Positions 49,561 to 64,000 of a stretch of DNA of 64,000 nucleotides are shown here, piece by piece. This DNA is from Hormiphora californensis (taxonomy: Eukaryota; Animalia; Ctenophora), in NCBI GenBank assembly GCA_020137815.1, contig CM035359.1, positions 4,340,001 through 4,404,000 on the forward strand, read 5' to 3'. Every line of letters starts with the position of its first letter. Positions within the stretch are counted from its first letter, which is position 1. The translations under genes and the position numbers were made by a program. Below the pieces are notes generated by a model. The model was not told the origin of the DNA and did not search any database. It worked only from the letters and a program-made list of their open reading frames with translations.

Positions 49561-51299
49561 GTAATTATATATTGGTTCCCAACAAAAATCAACGAAATCA
49601 AAGGTTCGATAGTTTATAACCCCGCCCAATTTCGCACCTTTGATACCATGAACACTGCTGTACAGTGCAGTATAGAAACGCAAAAAGAAGAATTCAGTAA
49701 GCGGCAAAAATAGCTTCACAGCACACACACACACGTACAGCACTGTATCAGATTTAGCTTTTCATATCTTTTTAGTATACCACACCGTGTCCAGTACTGT
49801 AGAACTATCTATTTGTGGCGGACCACGGGACGGCCAAATTGAAAGTGTAGAACACACAACCACGCACCACCACATACTGTGTGTGCGTGATACCCCTCTC
49901 TCTCTATCATTGTGTGTGTATGCGTGATACCAATTTGAACCAGGGTGTAATTCTTTGTGTTCAAGTCACGTATTAACGAATTTTTCCACCGACCAACTAC
50001 CAACCAACGTCACAGGAAAAACACGGAAAAAATGATAATATCTTTTGTTATGTTCTAACCCTCCCTTTACACAGTCTAGCCAGGCAAAATATCGTTTCAG
50101 TGGACTAATCTACCCATAATAAAGCATCATGCCAAGTCTAACCGAAACCATATCCCAAGAAAAACCACATCAAATCAAAATTATATTGTTTTGTTCGAAT
50201 AAAATTAACGGTGTAATCATCATATGTACTACCTTGTAATACTCAGTAACCTAGCCAACGTACCTGTTTTCTTAGTAAGAACAGAATCCTGGATGTCTAG
50301 GAGGCATCCAGTACTTCTCACTGCCAGTTCATCACACACCCCAGCACCGTATAGAGAGTGTATTTGGGTTCGGGATCGCAGTTTGGTGAGATTGTAGTTT
50401 TCGACACTCTGGGATTTCTTCGCGAAGAAACTCATTCGTCTTCGTAACATATCGAATTCCTGTTTAAATCCTGTTTAAATCCTGTTTAATCCCTGTTTAA
50501 ATCCTGTTTAATTCCTCTGGTATTTGTATTATTTTCAAAAACCACTAAAAATATTAAATAGCTTTTAACAAACACAATCAAAGCGGGAGGGGGTGACAAC
50601 TTCGAAAAATGTGACTTTAAATAAGTTTGCTGAACTGAATGAGGGATCATTCATCGAAGGAATTTATAGAGCTAAGATACAGGAACAAAAAGGCATGAAC
50701 TATTTAACGGTTCAACTAGGAAATAAATACCGGGCATAATTCAAGCACAAAAATTCTATGTCTTCGCACATAATGATCTTTTATCAACAGAAGAAAAATA
50801 TAAGCTTAACGATCTCGCTCGATAGATATTTTCTTGACAGATAGTTTCTCGACAGATTAACTTCGTGGATTGATTAAGTAGCAAATATCGAATTCAAGAT
50901 TAACTGTATTTCTTTCTGCTTATATTTCAGTTTCAGGAACGTCAATGTATCGCTCACACTCCACAGTAGAAAGTACCGCTAACAAAATATCTACAAATGG
51001 CGTGATAACATTCGCAGATTGCAAACTTTCAAATTAGCCCATGGATAGAAATGATTGAAGGAGAGCCGTTTTAGTATCTACACAACCGCTGCCAGTTGAA
51101 TAATGCTTGGAATTTAGTCACCTATAGGTTTCTGTCGTAAGAATCGATGATATTTTGGAGGGAAAAATTAATCGTCCGGAAATTGATAATCGGTAGTAAA
51201 AATTTTACGGCAAAAACAACGCGTTGTTGCAACGATACCTCGTAAAGTAAAAAGAAAAAGTTAACTTTGGCCTCGTATGTGCGTGCCCAGGTAGAATTG

Positions 51300-51408
<109 letters not shown>

Positions 51409-52223
51409 GAAAGGGCTTCTATGCACTCTAATAATTACACTATAAAGCCTAGACCGGAAAACATTCTGGAATTATTTTGCCCAGCGTTGGGATGTTTTAA
51501 TGAAGAATGGAGCCTCTCCGAGGTATAAATTATACTACCATGGTGACTCAATGTAAACTAGACCGCGGTGGGTAACACACATGCATCAACACTGGATCAG
51601 CCGCAACAAAGTGAGCTTCATATACCATACAGTTTTACAGGAGGTGTCAACAACTCGCTCGAGTGTCTCGAGAGAATATATTATGTAATTATTATAGAGT
51701 TTTTAAGGGGTGTCTGGTAAAGTAGGTGTCTGCGACAACGAACACGCAGTTTTAACAAGCTAACGCAACTGGGTTATCAAGTAAAGCTTTACCTTTATAA
51801 AGGTATAGAAAGGTACGTAGGGGATTATCTTCAATCAAAAGTTGACCTTCTTTTGACGCCATGAGATATGATAAGCAGCCCCAAATACAAAAGCGGGCCC
51901 AATACAAAAGAAGATCAGCTTTTGTCCCTACTTCTTTCTAATCATGTTTTTGTTGTGCAGTTATAGTATTAAAATGCTTATGCATCATCAATATATTCGA
52001 AAGTATAGCTGCAAAGTCAGCAAGGGTATCAAATCACATACACACACGCATATATATGGGGAGGCCGGAGCTGCAGCAGATAAGACGTTTTCACAGTTCT
52101 TCCATGCTTATATTATACACTCACGCATTCCCAGATTCTCTCTATCTCTCCCTTTCCCTCTCTTCCTGCAGCAGTCTTAGTGTTTCGTTAAAGACGACAG
52201 TTCAAGTTACACGAGGAGGGAGG

Positions 52224-52254
<31 letters not shown>

Positions 52255-53026
52255 GGGAAGAGAGAAGGGAAGAGAGAAGGAAAGAGAGAAGGAAAGAGAG
52301 AGAGGAGATTGAACAAACATTTGACAATCATATGCAGCATAAACTCATACATAATATCATGAACAGTGACGTAATACACCATTGGTCAGCAATCATTCCA
52401 AATAGTGAGAAATTAGCTAAGATCATTATCATGATTATGATTACATTGTAGATCACACAACACGGTGATCAATGACGACTCATAATATGGGAATATGGCA
52501 TCCGTCGTCAAATAGTATTCGAAAAAAGGGTCTTTCGTCATTTGCAAAATGTTCAGTTTGATCAAATGTCAAGTGTATGACGTACTTGAAACGTCACACA
52601 CACCTAGGTCAAGGTGTGTGACGTGTTTCCTAAGGATTTTCTATGTTATGATATATTCTTACTGTTGACAATCTATTAGATCAAAGTTCTTGGATGAGAA
52701 TTTATGAATGCAATGACAACCACGCCAATATAACTGCTGCATATAATTCATAAATTTGGTAACCTGATACAGGTGAAGCATTAATCCCTACTCAGAATTT
52801 TACAATATGATGAAACATATGTTTGCCACAACCTAAAGTGTTTACACGGTGATCCATATGAGTTGCATTATTTCGTAGTTGAAATTGATCATTATAATAT
52901 GGCCTTTGGCCATTGGGTGTTTGTCTTCAGTCAGTTGGTTGTATACGTTATATAATAATTAAGATTTTATAACATACTGCAACTGCCAATTACTGCTAAT
53001 TACTGCTAATTATAAAATCAAGCTTA

Positions 53027-53740
53027 CTGTCTTTGCCTCGGTCGAAAACGTTAGAAGTTTCAAGGCTCATACAACGACTCATGAATCCATCCTCCTCACT
53101 CCTGAAGAAATTTAAAAAAATTGAATATTTAAACACAAAACGATTCATATGATTGTTGTTTGTCTAGATCTGCCAGATTGACGCTCTAATTCAGATCTGA
53201 TCCGGAGGAGAGCTCATTGAGATTCTGGTACTGCAACTTAGGTGTTGAACTTACTTGGTTTCTTTATTACCACGATCAATGTTGGGAGAAGAGAGATTAG
53301 TTGCACTCCTTGATATCAGAGGATTCGCCGACATCTTTCGACTTGTCCTGAAATTACACATGAATTAGGATTGACATGTCTTAATCCTGTTAGAAGACAA
53401 TCAACAAATATGTATAGGTGCAATAATTATTGTTTCATTAGGACTGACATATTTAATTATGGTTAGAAGCACCTAATTAAACTTCCATTTTCAAATAGTT
53501 TCAGTTGTTAGCAGTTATGCTAATAATGCCTGCAATTTATAACATGACGTCCAACCCAAACCATATTCGATATCTCATTGTCTCATGTTACTATGGTTAT
53601 CTGCATATGTTACCATGGTAACCATATGTGTTGTTAACTCACTCTGTAACAACGATACTGGGAACAATGAGTTTCCTTGGATTCGGGCGGACAACCTCAG
53701 ATTGAGCTCGAGATCTAATCGGCCGTAGGAAAACCAGCTC
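53027..53740 (-). CDS. Three phase-compatible exons of an uncharacterised, probably disordered protein
   Basis: About 53740-53644 (LVFLRPIRSRAQSEVVRPNPRKLIVPSIVVT), 53348-53256 (TSRKMSANPLISRSATNLSSP...) and 53101-53028 (SEEDGFMSRCMSLETS...), each with ttcag/ccag acceptors and gtgagt/gtaag donors. Gene ends not resolved. Confidence 0.45.
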
Positions 53741-56700
53741 TGGAATTTCAGAGAACACAGAACTCCTGTGCTCCGCTTTTAACATAATTTCAGTTGATAT
53801 CACTATAGGAGCATTTATATTTTATAATTTGATATATTAGGCATTAGCACGGGCCACCCACAGAGATAAATAATAATTGAGCCAGTTCTGACTCAATGTC
53901 ATTGAAAAACTAAAACAAACGGCGGTCACAGATGGCAGAGAGATTAAAAAGATGCAGTTTATCGTTTAATAGAGAAGGATTCAGTTTATAATAGAGAATG
54001 TTTCAACAGGTGTTATCTGATCACTCCTTACCATGTAATGAGGGGGTAAGAGCACCGGGAGGTAATGAGTAAATACACACACACACACCAAGGTGTTATT
54101 ACTTATCGAGTTATACAGCTTGACTATTTAATAAGATCGCTAACAAATCATTCAAAGCTTGCCTCCACTTGCTCGACCCTCTTCTTAAAGGAGAGTTAGA
54201 ACATAACAAAGCTGGTCGAACTTTCAAGCTTTTAGATAACTTCATTGATCCATGCGATAGAATTATCTAAAGGACACATACAACAAGATGCAGATAAAGA
54301 TTGCTCGTTTTGTTCAAGCTGCAATTTACTCAAGAGGACCATTTAAGGTAAATTTTGGTATGATTTATACTGCAGTGACAGCGATATATGATTTTTGAAG
54401 TTTATCAACCACAACTCGCGTGCTGCGCAACTGAGAAATGTTTGTGACAACTTGTCACAATACATGAGTGAATTGATCTCGGAACCAGGCAATACAGCTA
54501 TAATAAATTATAACCCCAATCAGTCTCGGTGGGAATATCTTGTAACCGTTTCTCCTCGGTTTGACCAATTTGTAATTAGAATCGCGTTTAGAGATTATGA
54601 ACCAAGACAGTAGGAGCATGTAAAAGTCTTTGTCGTGGGGGAAACTCCCATCCCTACAATAGTATAATTGCGGGGTCAGACTGGTATCATTATCAAATTA
54701 GCTGTATACAGTCAGACCCCGATTCAACGGCCCCCGATTTAACGGCAGGATAATCTTACCCCGATATAGGAATTTAACAGTATTTGACCCCGATTCAACG
54801 GCCCCCGATTTAACGGCAGGATAATCTTACCCCGATATAATATAGGAATTTAACAGTATTTGACCCCGATTTAGCGGTGAAGTAACCGCGTATAGGGTGT
54901 GACACGTAACGACTCTCGGTGAAGGGTTTTGGGAACGAGAATATAAATTGGTTTTAACGGACAAAACCCTTTCCCCCAAGGGTGCCGTTAAATCGTGGTC
55001 CGACTGTATATTATTTAGACTAATTCCGCACTGTATGTCGTATAATAACTACCCTAGCTGCTCGAGACACGGAATTACTGTGTCACTGTTGCTGGGTTAT
55101 ACTATACCAGATGCCGCGGGGGAAGCCTTGGCAGTATTGACGTCACTAAGGGAAAAAACGACGGCAAAACACAGTAACACACATATGTGTCTGGTAGTAA
55201 TAAGGTGTATTACTAACTTACTACGTTAGTTAATAGTTATTCGGCAAGATCAGATCAAAATTCAAAGGTTTGACGGATTATCCAAGTTATAGATTGTCAA
55301 CAGTGATTTCGATAAGTGGTATATCCCAGCTGAGCCTCGACGAAGAAGAAGGATATTTCATCAGCTCTTGCGTATCTGACACTTGCCTAGCTAGACTGTG
55401 TTTGGAGCGCCCCGCTCGTGAAACACAAATGCAAAGAAGGGTTAGAACATAACAATCTGACACTCGATGACCAGTTTACTTAACAACCATTTGGAGAAGA
55501 TATAACGATGACAAAGTTTATAGATCAGGCAAGTAGATCAGATAGTAGATCAGGCTCCCTGCATAGTGCATGATAGCTCCCTGAATTTACGAAATGTTCC
55601 TTTGAGTATGCCAAGTGCAGTGATCTATACTGTTGTGAGAGACGTTTTACGCAGTTCATTATAATGACCTGCAGGTCATAATGAACTCACTAGTCATGAC
55701 TAGTGAGAGAAGTTTTGAATTCTTACTGTACCATCAATTAGCTATTATAGGACGTCATACAAACAATTGAACAATGAGTCAATGAGCAAGTATTATAAAA
55801 ACGTCATGACGTCATCTAATAGTACCGCCACAACATCTGCAACTGTTGTTTTGTTCAAACCCATTTTATTCTGGAGCTCGCGAAAAGAGGGTCGAGCTAG
55901 GCAAGAAAACTGCAGAACAGTTACAGGACAGCTGTAACGCTACATTTGACGATTGTGCTACAAAGCTCTTAGCTCTATGTACAGTAGATTGTGTGTTAGG
56001 ACAGCTACAACACACTACACAGCTCCACATGTGTAGATTGTGGGAGGCAGGTGGTTAAACTATATGAGGAACGGAAGTCGTTAGGGAAGGGGATAGAAGT
56101 AGAGATGGAGGAGAGATGGAGGAGAGAGGGAAGGATATAATTAGAGAGATAGAGGTAGAGAGAACGTGAGCTTGGGTAGAATGGAGTAACAGCGGTGGTG
56201 GGAAAGGAAAGTTGACGCCATCTTTCCATCTTTCTAGCAGTTTCTCTCCATTTAAATCTATATCTCTCCTTTTCCTCTCACTTTCTAGCACTCTACCTAG
56301 ATCGCATTTCATGATCTTTGAATGAACAAATATAGTTTATAGTGTACATAGTGAACAGAACTGGAGGTATCTACTACATATAACAACAGCACCCAGTCTT
56401 GTGTAAAACCATTTGGAATCAAGCACGGTATATTCCACAAATCACTTGCTGACACCATGACTATGACACCAACTATGGTTTCAACCCTTAATCTCAACCA
56501 ATGGAGACGGCCTCCAAGAAGAAGAAGACACCAACCGTGGACCCGAGGTGCTTGCAGGAGACAATTAACATAATCCCCAGCTCTTCAAAGATACTCAATA
56601 TTCAATAATTCAGGTTACTATACAAATTACAATATTAGCATGTGAATAATGTTATAACAGTGCGGATGCCAACCAAGTCGGTGCAATAGCTATAAAAGCA

Positions 56701-57437
56701 GTGAACAGTTGCCGTGTTAACAGCTTCCGTTCTCACACATGTGAAAGGAATCTGGAAATGCTTTCCAATAATTCTTAGGGAGAACATTTAGAGGTCTAAA
56801 GCTACTACATTCTCCTTATAACATTGCACTATAACGGGTATAAAGGATCCGTAAAGATTATTGTAATCGAATTTAAAAATGTTGATTAATGCCAACGACA
56901 TATTTTACTCATGCGCCATCGTTTTACTATAGAATGATTTACTACCACAGAACTGTCAGAACTGTCAGATTTTTCTTCTAGTTAGAACCCGCAAAAAAGG
57001 GGGTCACAACTAAAACTTCAATTCGTAAAATAACGGACTTTGTGGGTATCAATTATTATAACTCATGGTTATTTCCAAACATATATTGAGCTGGCCAAGA
57101 TAGCGCTCAGAGTTTAATGTTTGTTGAGAATATGTTGAGAATAGTTGTAGTTAGACATTGAAATTTCACTAGTTTTGATTCGTTTTATCAATGCAATGCG
57201 ATGGCAGCATAGAATCGAAATCTGCGGTGACCAAAATAAAACCAGCTCTCTATCTACTGGCTAACAAAGAAGTGCTGAGCTACAGCCTGCTGCGCCCGCT
57301 GCCATATAAAGATGGCGGACCGACGGTCCCTTAATGCACGCAATTATTAATGAAAATAGAGAACTAAAAGAGTTGTAACGTTCTTGGGAACTTTGTTTTT
57401 TATATTTCATGCGGTTTTGCCGCCGCCAAACTCTGGG

Positions 57438-57562
<125 letters not shown>

Positions 57563-58652
57563 CGGAGAGATAGCGGAGAGAGAGAATGGTTGCGAGATAG
57601 CGAAGTTGGGGCGCCGGTAATTAAACGGAACCCCTGTGGCATCGTTGTATGTGATGAACTATGTGGGAGAGAGAGAAATTAGAGAGAGCGAAAAACATAT
57701 TGATAGAAAGAGAGAGATTGAAAGAGAGAGTGGCTTGAGAGAACTTATTTTTAATTTATGACATATCTGCGTCTAATCGACCTGTTGTAGTAATCAGCAC
57801 AGTTCATGATACGGATAACGACAAAAAGCAATCTATCTAAGTAGTGAGTGGTCCAAAGCTTAATAATTTTAGTGGCCACAAACTTAATAAATTGAGTGGC
57901 CACTGGCCCCAGACTTAATGAATTGAGTGGCCCCAGACTTTATGAACTAAGTGGCCCCAGACCACAGAAAAACGTGCACACCACGTTTCAGTGTGCACAA
58001 CCAAACAGGATGTGACGTAAAGAGTCCAATGGGAGCTTATAACATAAACGAATTTTAAATAAAGCTATATAATATATTAGAATGGCAACTAAAATGTTTT
58101 AGTTGTTGAATAACTGCATAAGCAAAGGACGCATTTTACTTTATATTCATAAATTCGCCCGTTTTTGTTACTTTTGTAGCTCGCCCATCCAAACGATTTT
58201 CATTTACCGAACCCCGATTTACCAGAATCTACATACATATTCCGGTAAATCGTAAAATAAAGTCTGATTTTTTGAAGTTGTCACCCCCTTTTCACGTGCG
58301 ACGACGTATTTGCGTACTGGAAACTTGAAAAAAATCCGACTACATGTGGCCCCTACTCGTTCGTCTTCATCCCAATCCCTCGCTATCTCTCTGATCTAAC
58401 GTCTCTCTCTAGTCTCTCCCTATCACTCATTTTCTCATCATCTATCTCTACATTCTATGATCACTTTTACCCTCTATATGCCACTTGAGATGGCAGTCTC
58501 ATGTTTCAACTCTTTCTCTCTCTCTTTTCCTCTCGCTTCAAAGCTACTGGAGTTGGCATTATAACCCTATCAAAAGTGCTACTTCGGCAGAAAAAAAACA
58601 TAAATTCTACGAAGGGGGTTGACCGAAATAGATGGAGCAGGGTGCCTGGTCA

Positions 58653-59224
58653 GGTGTGCGGACTCTAGTGCTACACTCTAAGTCTAAAGAGGACTCTATA
58701 TCTAAATTTAGATTTAGATAAAGAGTCCAAATAATTCTAAACTCTAGGAGGACTCTTTATCTAAAAAGTCTACACAGGGCGGACTCTTTATCTAAAAAGT
58801 CTAAACAAAGTGGACTCTATATCTACATAAATCTAAATTAGATATAGAGTCCGCCTTTCGCCGCGAACTCGAGATTTCGGCCGTTAGGCCGGAAACGAGA
58901 GTTTGCTCTACCCCTATACTAATTTAGAAGTGTTAGGGCCGTTATTTGCGTTCGAGGTTAGGGTTAGTGTTAGGCTTAGGTTTTGGGTTGGGTTAGGATT
59001 TTAGACATAGAGTCCAGGTTGGAGGATTTGGCGCCAAAATGTACTAGAGGACTCTATATCTAAAAATTCTACACAGGGCGGACTCTTTATCTAAAAAGTC
59101 TACACAGGGAGGACTCTTTATCTAAACTTTTTTCAAAATCTAACTGTAGATAAAGAGTCCGTTTTTAGATAGAGTCCGCCTTGGATTAAGATAAAGAGTC
59201 CGTTAGCACTAGAGTCCGCCCACC
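58653..59224. mobile_element. Mutator-like MITE with subterminal GGACTCTTTATCTA repeats and a 9-bp TSD
   Basis: TIR GGTG(T/G)GCGGACTCTAGTGCTA; TSD GCCTGGTCA at 58644-58652 and 59225-59233; internal TTAGG-like tract. Confidence 0.88.
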
Positions 59225-60631
59225 GCCTGGTCAATGACGGGCCCGTACTATACCGAAGCACAAAGTAGTCACTGTTATATTGGGTGTATAGAACAGCTGT
59301 CAGAGCTCGTTACCCCCCTCTGATAGTGCAATAAGACAACTATAGTAGTGAGACAACAAGTCAGCCTTATATTTATGAGCTGTCCCTGCATTCCATCTCA
59401 TTTTAGCGAAACAGATCTTGCTTGCTACCACAGCTGCAAACATCGTGTTTTTTATTAGGAAATCAGCGTCAGAGTGAGATTCATTAGCAGGGCGTCTACC
59501 GTGCGGCGTTACACAGCTTAAACGAAAGGCAGGACGTTGAACTGCGATCTTAATCTACAAGCAATAAACACTATAAATCGTTCACTTTAAATCGTAATCT
59601 GCTATATAACTTTACTGATCGGTCGGAAACAGTGCAGAGTACAACGAGAGTTTAATGCGAGAGAGAAGGAAAGAGATAGAGAGAGATAGATAGTGAAAGA
59701 GAGAGAAGGATAGAGAAATACAGAGCGAGAGAGAAAAATACAAAGGATAGAATTATAAACCATACAGTGTGTAACGCATTCTGACACAGTTAATTGCAAT
59801 CAAATGTAATTACTTTGTAATTAAACCATTCCTGCAGCAACAATCAGGCATGTACATGATTATAGATGCCAACTGGTTATCAATTTCCTAACTCATCGAG
59901 GATAATATATCCAGGAAATGAATTTATTGATTTAATAATTGAATTGAATTACTTAGGAAATAAATTTATTGATTTAATATTATTGAATTGTTACTTACTC
60001 GATATCATCAGCTGCATCCTCTGGTAAACTATCCATTCTGCAGTCTCTGATCCTTTCCTCTTTGTATCACATATGGTTTCACACTAAACTTTCAAGTAAA
60101 AATCAGTATCATTTAGCGGAAGTAATGATACAAGAATCGAAGATCAGATACAAAATTAGCTGCAAAGCACTATAATTATAGGGTCTTGTGGAAAACAACG
60201 CGCAATTCGCAAAACAATTATGGACATGAACAGAAATGACAGTAATAGTATGATAGAAGATATGGATAGATAGCTAGATAAGTAGAGATCAGACACTTGT
60301 TTTATATTTCTGGTAGTACACATTGACAGTGGAATGATGAATCTCATAAATACCACCAGTAAAGACCAGTAAAAAGAGCTAGGGCGATATATATGCACTA
60401 CCAGAAGTATGTCTCGTATAAGAGACTGCAGAACTCGCCGCTGGTTGTGACAGCAGATCAGTTGTTGTGTGGTATGCAGCTTTGACCTGAATGGAGGGAG
60501 GGAGGAGTCTGACTAGGTTGTCGGCATATAGTTAAAGCCTGGCAAGTGGGCGTGAATTCCGGCCTCCTATCTCGGATCCATTTCTACGACTCCATATCTC
60601 TATCCATATCTTTATCTCTCTCTATCTATTC

Positions 60632-60685
<54 letters not shown>

Positions 60686-62399
60686 TTCTCTTTCTCTCTT
60701 TCTCTTAGCATCATCAACAAGTTTTCATTTCCCGTCGTGTCAAGTGCGTCGTCTACTTTTGGGAAAAACATAGCAAAATAACTCCGACTGGGACGATTAA
60801 GTAAACGAGTGAATAACTACATCTAGATATGGACAACATAAGAAACAGCTCTATGCACTGGGTAATTTGCCAAAATTTGGGCAGGTTGCCAAGCCTGTGA
60901 TCTAGTATCTAGGGCATGTGTTTCCCAATTGCCTTGCTGAGCTTGGAGCAATTGAGGTAGTACATAATATAACGTTCGAATCAAAACGGAAGTATATCAG
61001 AACACTTGATATACCGGAGAATATCACAAGATCTATCTATCTTTTTGGAGAAACTAGGATGAACTGATTATCCGGATGTGGTCCGGAAACTTAGGCAGAT
61101 GTAAATAAACAGTGGCACACAATCTCACAAACACACAAACACAAGTAACTGTGACATTACCAAGTGGTTAGGTATCTTCTTCTATCTCTCGTTACTCACC
61201 ATCAGTTGTCTCTCACAATAATTATGTAGGCATGCATTAGGCGGGAAGTGACAAATGTAAGAAGCGGAAGCAAATGAAACGATGAGACATGCAAAAGAGA
61301 TAGAGAGATAAGCAGCAACAAAAATAGTTAGGAGATGGAGAGATAGGAAAGGAAGTAAATATGCAATAGTATAATGATAGATCATTAATCAGAGCGATCT
61401 GCGATATGAACTTCCTAATATTAACATGTTAGTCTATTCGAGACATATGAACTCTAGTTTTTAGTTCACTTCCTGTTATTATCTTTTTGACCAATATTAT
61501 ATCCGGTATCTTTCATTTAAGCGGAAACACAATTGAATATCACGGTCGCTTGTAGTGGGAAAACGGTAATGGAAAACGAAGATACAGTAAGACGACGCGC
61601 AACCGTGACCAATCAGGGCGCTAGTACGTGCTGACACATGAACTTTTTGCCGCGCGTTATGCACCGTGCGCGTCTCCTTACTGTATTTTGCGTTACCGTA
61701 TTTTGACTGCAAGCAGCACTGTATGGTACAACCCGGAACTTGAAACAAGAGGGGAGGACAATATATTTAGAGCTATAACGTCAGCAGTTTCTTTTTACGT
61801 CAGAACTTCTCTAGCGGTCAAAAATTGTATTGTGTGGTGTTCTTTTATTTCTGCATTTTCCTAAATTTTTCTCATTGGTCGTTTTTACAGGCCCGGTTTT
61901 TCTGTCTGACTATTCAGCTAAATAAACATCTCAATATCAAGACCCTTCAAATCACACGACATCATTATGTATCGTAATTTCGACTAGGACAATATTCAGG
62001 GAATGAATAATAGGTAGGAATGAACAATAGTGCAATGCGGAGGGTACAACAAACACGGAGTCGATAAAGTTGGAAATTGTAAACGGAGAAAGAATGTGAA
62101 GTGGCACGATGCAGGAGCTATGTTTAAACCACAACAGAAAATACAGAAAAATAGTGCACAAAAACGGGAGAACAGCAGCTGTGTACAACAACAGCACTGT
62201 AAGTGGAATATACAAATGTTGTAAAGAAACAAACACAATTAATATAATTGTTTAGTGAAACAACTCTCACTAACTAAAACACACGTATAGTTCATGTGTT
62301 GTTGTACATCTGAGTGAAAACAAGCAGATACAAGCTCGGCGTGAATTGGTGCTGTGCACATGCAAAAACACAGGCAACAAATTTGATAAATTGAATTTC

Positions 62400-62463
<64 letters not shown>

Positions 62464-64000
62464 GAGGAGAGGAGAGAGAGAGAGAAGAGAGCATCGCGCG
62501 AGCAGAGCGCTCGAGAAAAGAGATAGAGAGAGCTATAGTACTATAGAGAGAGAGAGACTCTATCGCTCGCTATAGCTCGAATCTCTCTCAGCTCGCATCG
62601 CCTTCTCCTCTCGCGCTCGCTCTCTCTCTCTCGCTCTCCTACCGCTTGCCCTTGTGTTTGGTGTTTGATTGTTTGCGTCAGAAATTTTTCTCGTGAAGCA
62701 CAAAAAGTGTTGACGCTGTTACAACTAATAAAACTTCGTATCTTGTCCACATAAACAGGATAATAAGGTCATCAAAATTGTACACACAAATGACAAATAT
62801 GTACTAAACTTAGGAGGAAGGAATGCACAAGACCAAAAACAATGGAACGAATGATGCATCATTTTATACATGCACCCTTTGTACATATAGGGTAAAGTAA
62901 AGGGAGGAAGTAGTGTGTACAAAACATGTTCTAAAATGGAATAAGAGGAAGCTACATAAAACTAAACAGTGAGCTGTGAGATCCTAAACTACATTCAGGT
63001 CGCATGATATATGAAACAAGGATCTTGAAAAAAGTCAAATATCGGAATCTAATTCAAAATTAAATTGTTTATGCCTATTTTAAAAACATTTTATCTTGGT
63101 ACCGAAAAGGTCTAATTATTCAAAGTCTGAATCCAAGATTCTCAAGAATAAAGACAAAGGCACGCCCTAAACACAATCATAACAGGCGTCACAATGAGAG
63201 GAGAAAACAAGATCAAAATATATGATAAGATTATACACGAGAAAAAAAAACCAAAGAGAGAAGAGAGATATAGTGGTAAAGGAGTGTATAGGAATCATTC
63301 TTGAACTTCCCACATCAAACTAACCCATTAGAACCCCGTAATGCCAAGACGTAGTTTATTCAAACAATTGACAATACAATTACAGAACAAAATGGGAAAT
63401 GATTTCCAACACAGAGCCATGTTTCCGTATCTAGTGATTCCACAAAACAAGGCGTTTTAATCAAAATCTTTTGATGTGTTGGCATATTGACAAAACCAGA
63501 AGGAGAATCAATTGTTGGATTCTAGAAATTATTGGCCGTATGTTTTCATTATGTAATTTTAATGAAATGATGTCATCTCCAGATGTATCCCGCATTCATC
63601 TAACAGCTATTTATACAGAGAGCTATTTCTATGTTCTGATAATTATGCCAGCTGCTGATTAAAAATGACGTGCTTAGTTTTAATCACGTCATAATTGGAG
63701 ATATTGAATTATGGACAATTACATAAGCTATACCAAGGACAATCAGAGATACCTTTTAGTTATACCCAAAGTTATACAGCCCAAAAACCAAGGTTATAAT
63801 ACCCATTACTCAAATTAACAAACTTCCTAATTAACTATCTTACCGTGGTGAAAATATGGATGTCGTCAAATGTTTCATTTTCTCCCTGTAATGAAGGAAA
63901 AGAGGGGTTAACAATTAACTCAATATTGCTCCATTATATATTGTAACAACTTGATAGATCGGGTTCATAGGCGACCCCTTGGCCCCCAGATCCAGATCCG

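Noticed and set aside
50229-50520. 73-aa minus-strand ORF as an exon
   Set aside because: Its upstream frame is broken by an 11-bp repeat expansion and it could not be linked to other exons or any domain.

Overview
Eukaryotic (animal) genomic DNA with GT-AG introns, many MITEs and microsatellites. The recurring MITE families (e.g. the CAGGAACCGACCGA element) resemble repeats I recall from pleurobrachiid ctenophore gene models, so a comb jelly is my tentative guess, unverified. Two stretches (about 1-1400 and about 36620-48620) are homopolymer-inflated, low-quality consensus, and their ORFs are not interpretable. Hand splicing gives five well-supported genes: (1) a secreted mytilectin-like beta-trefoil lectin (6505-7107, minus) with TATA and Inr, missed by the ORF track; (2) a 364-aa catalytically dead ornithine decarboxylase homologue (antizyme-inhibitor-like; 11910-16622, plus); (3) a 6-Ig single-pass receptor (19457-27494, minus); (4) a nested antisense intronless class A GPCR with one frameshift; (5) a DH-PH RhoGEF (31032-35378, minus). 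The main finding concerns gene 2. Its spliced 5' leader carries an AUG-less upstream coding frame with AUU-CCG, ending E-L-P-W-D-T-G-P-G-G-stop, which resembles the polyamine-sensing uCC/PPW module of AZIN1/ODC mRNAs. Its introns also hold a Penelope-like element with a nested CRE-type retroelement and two minimal hammerhead ribozymes.
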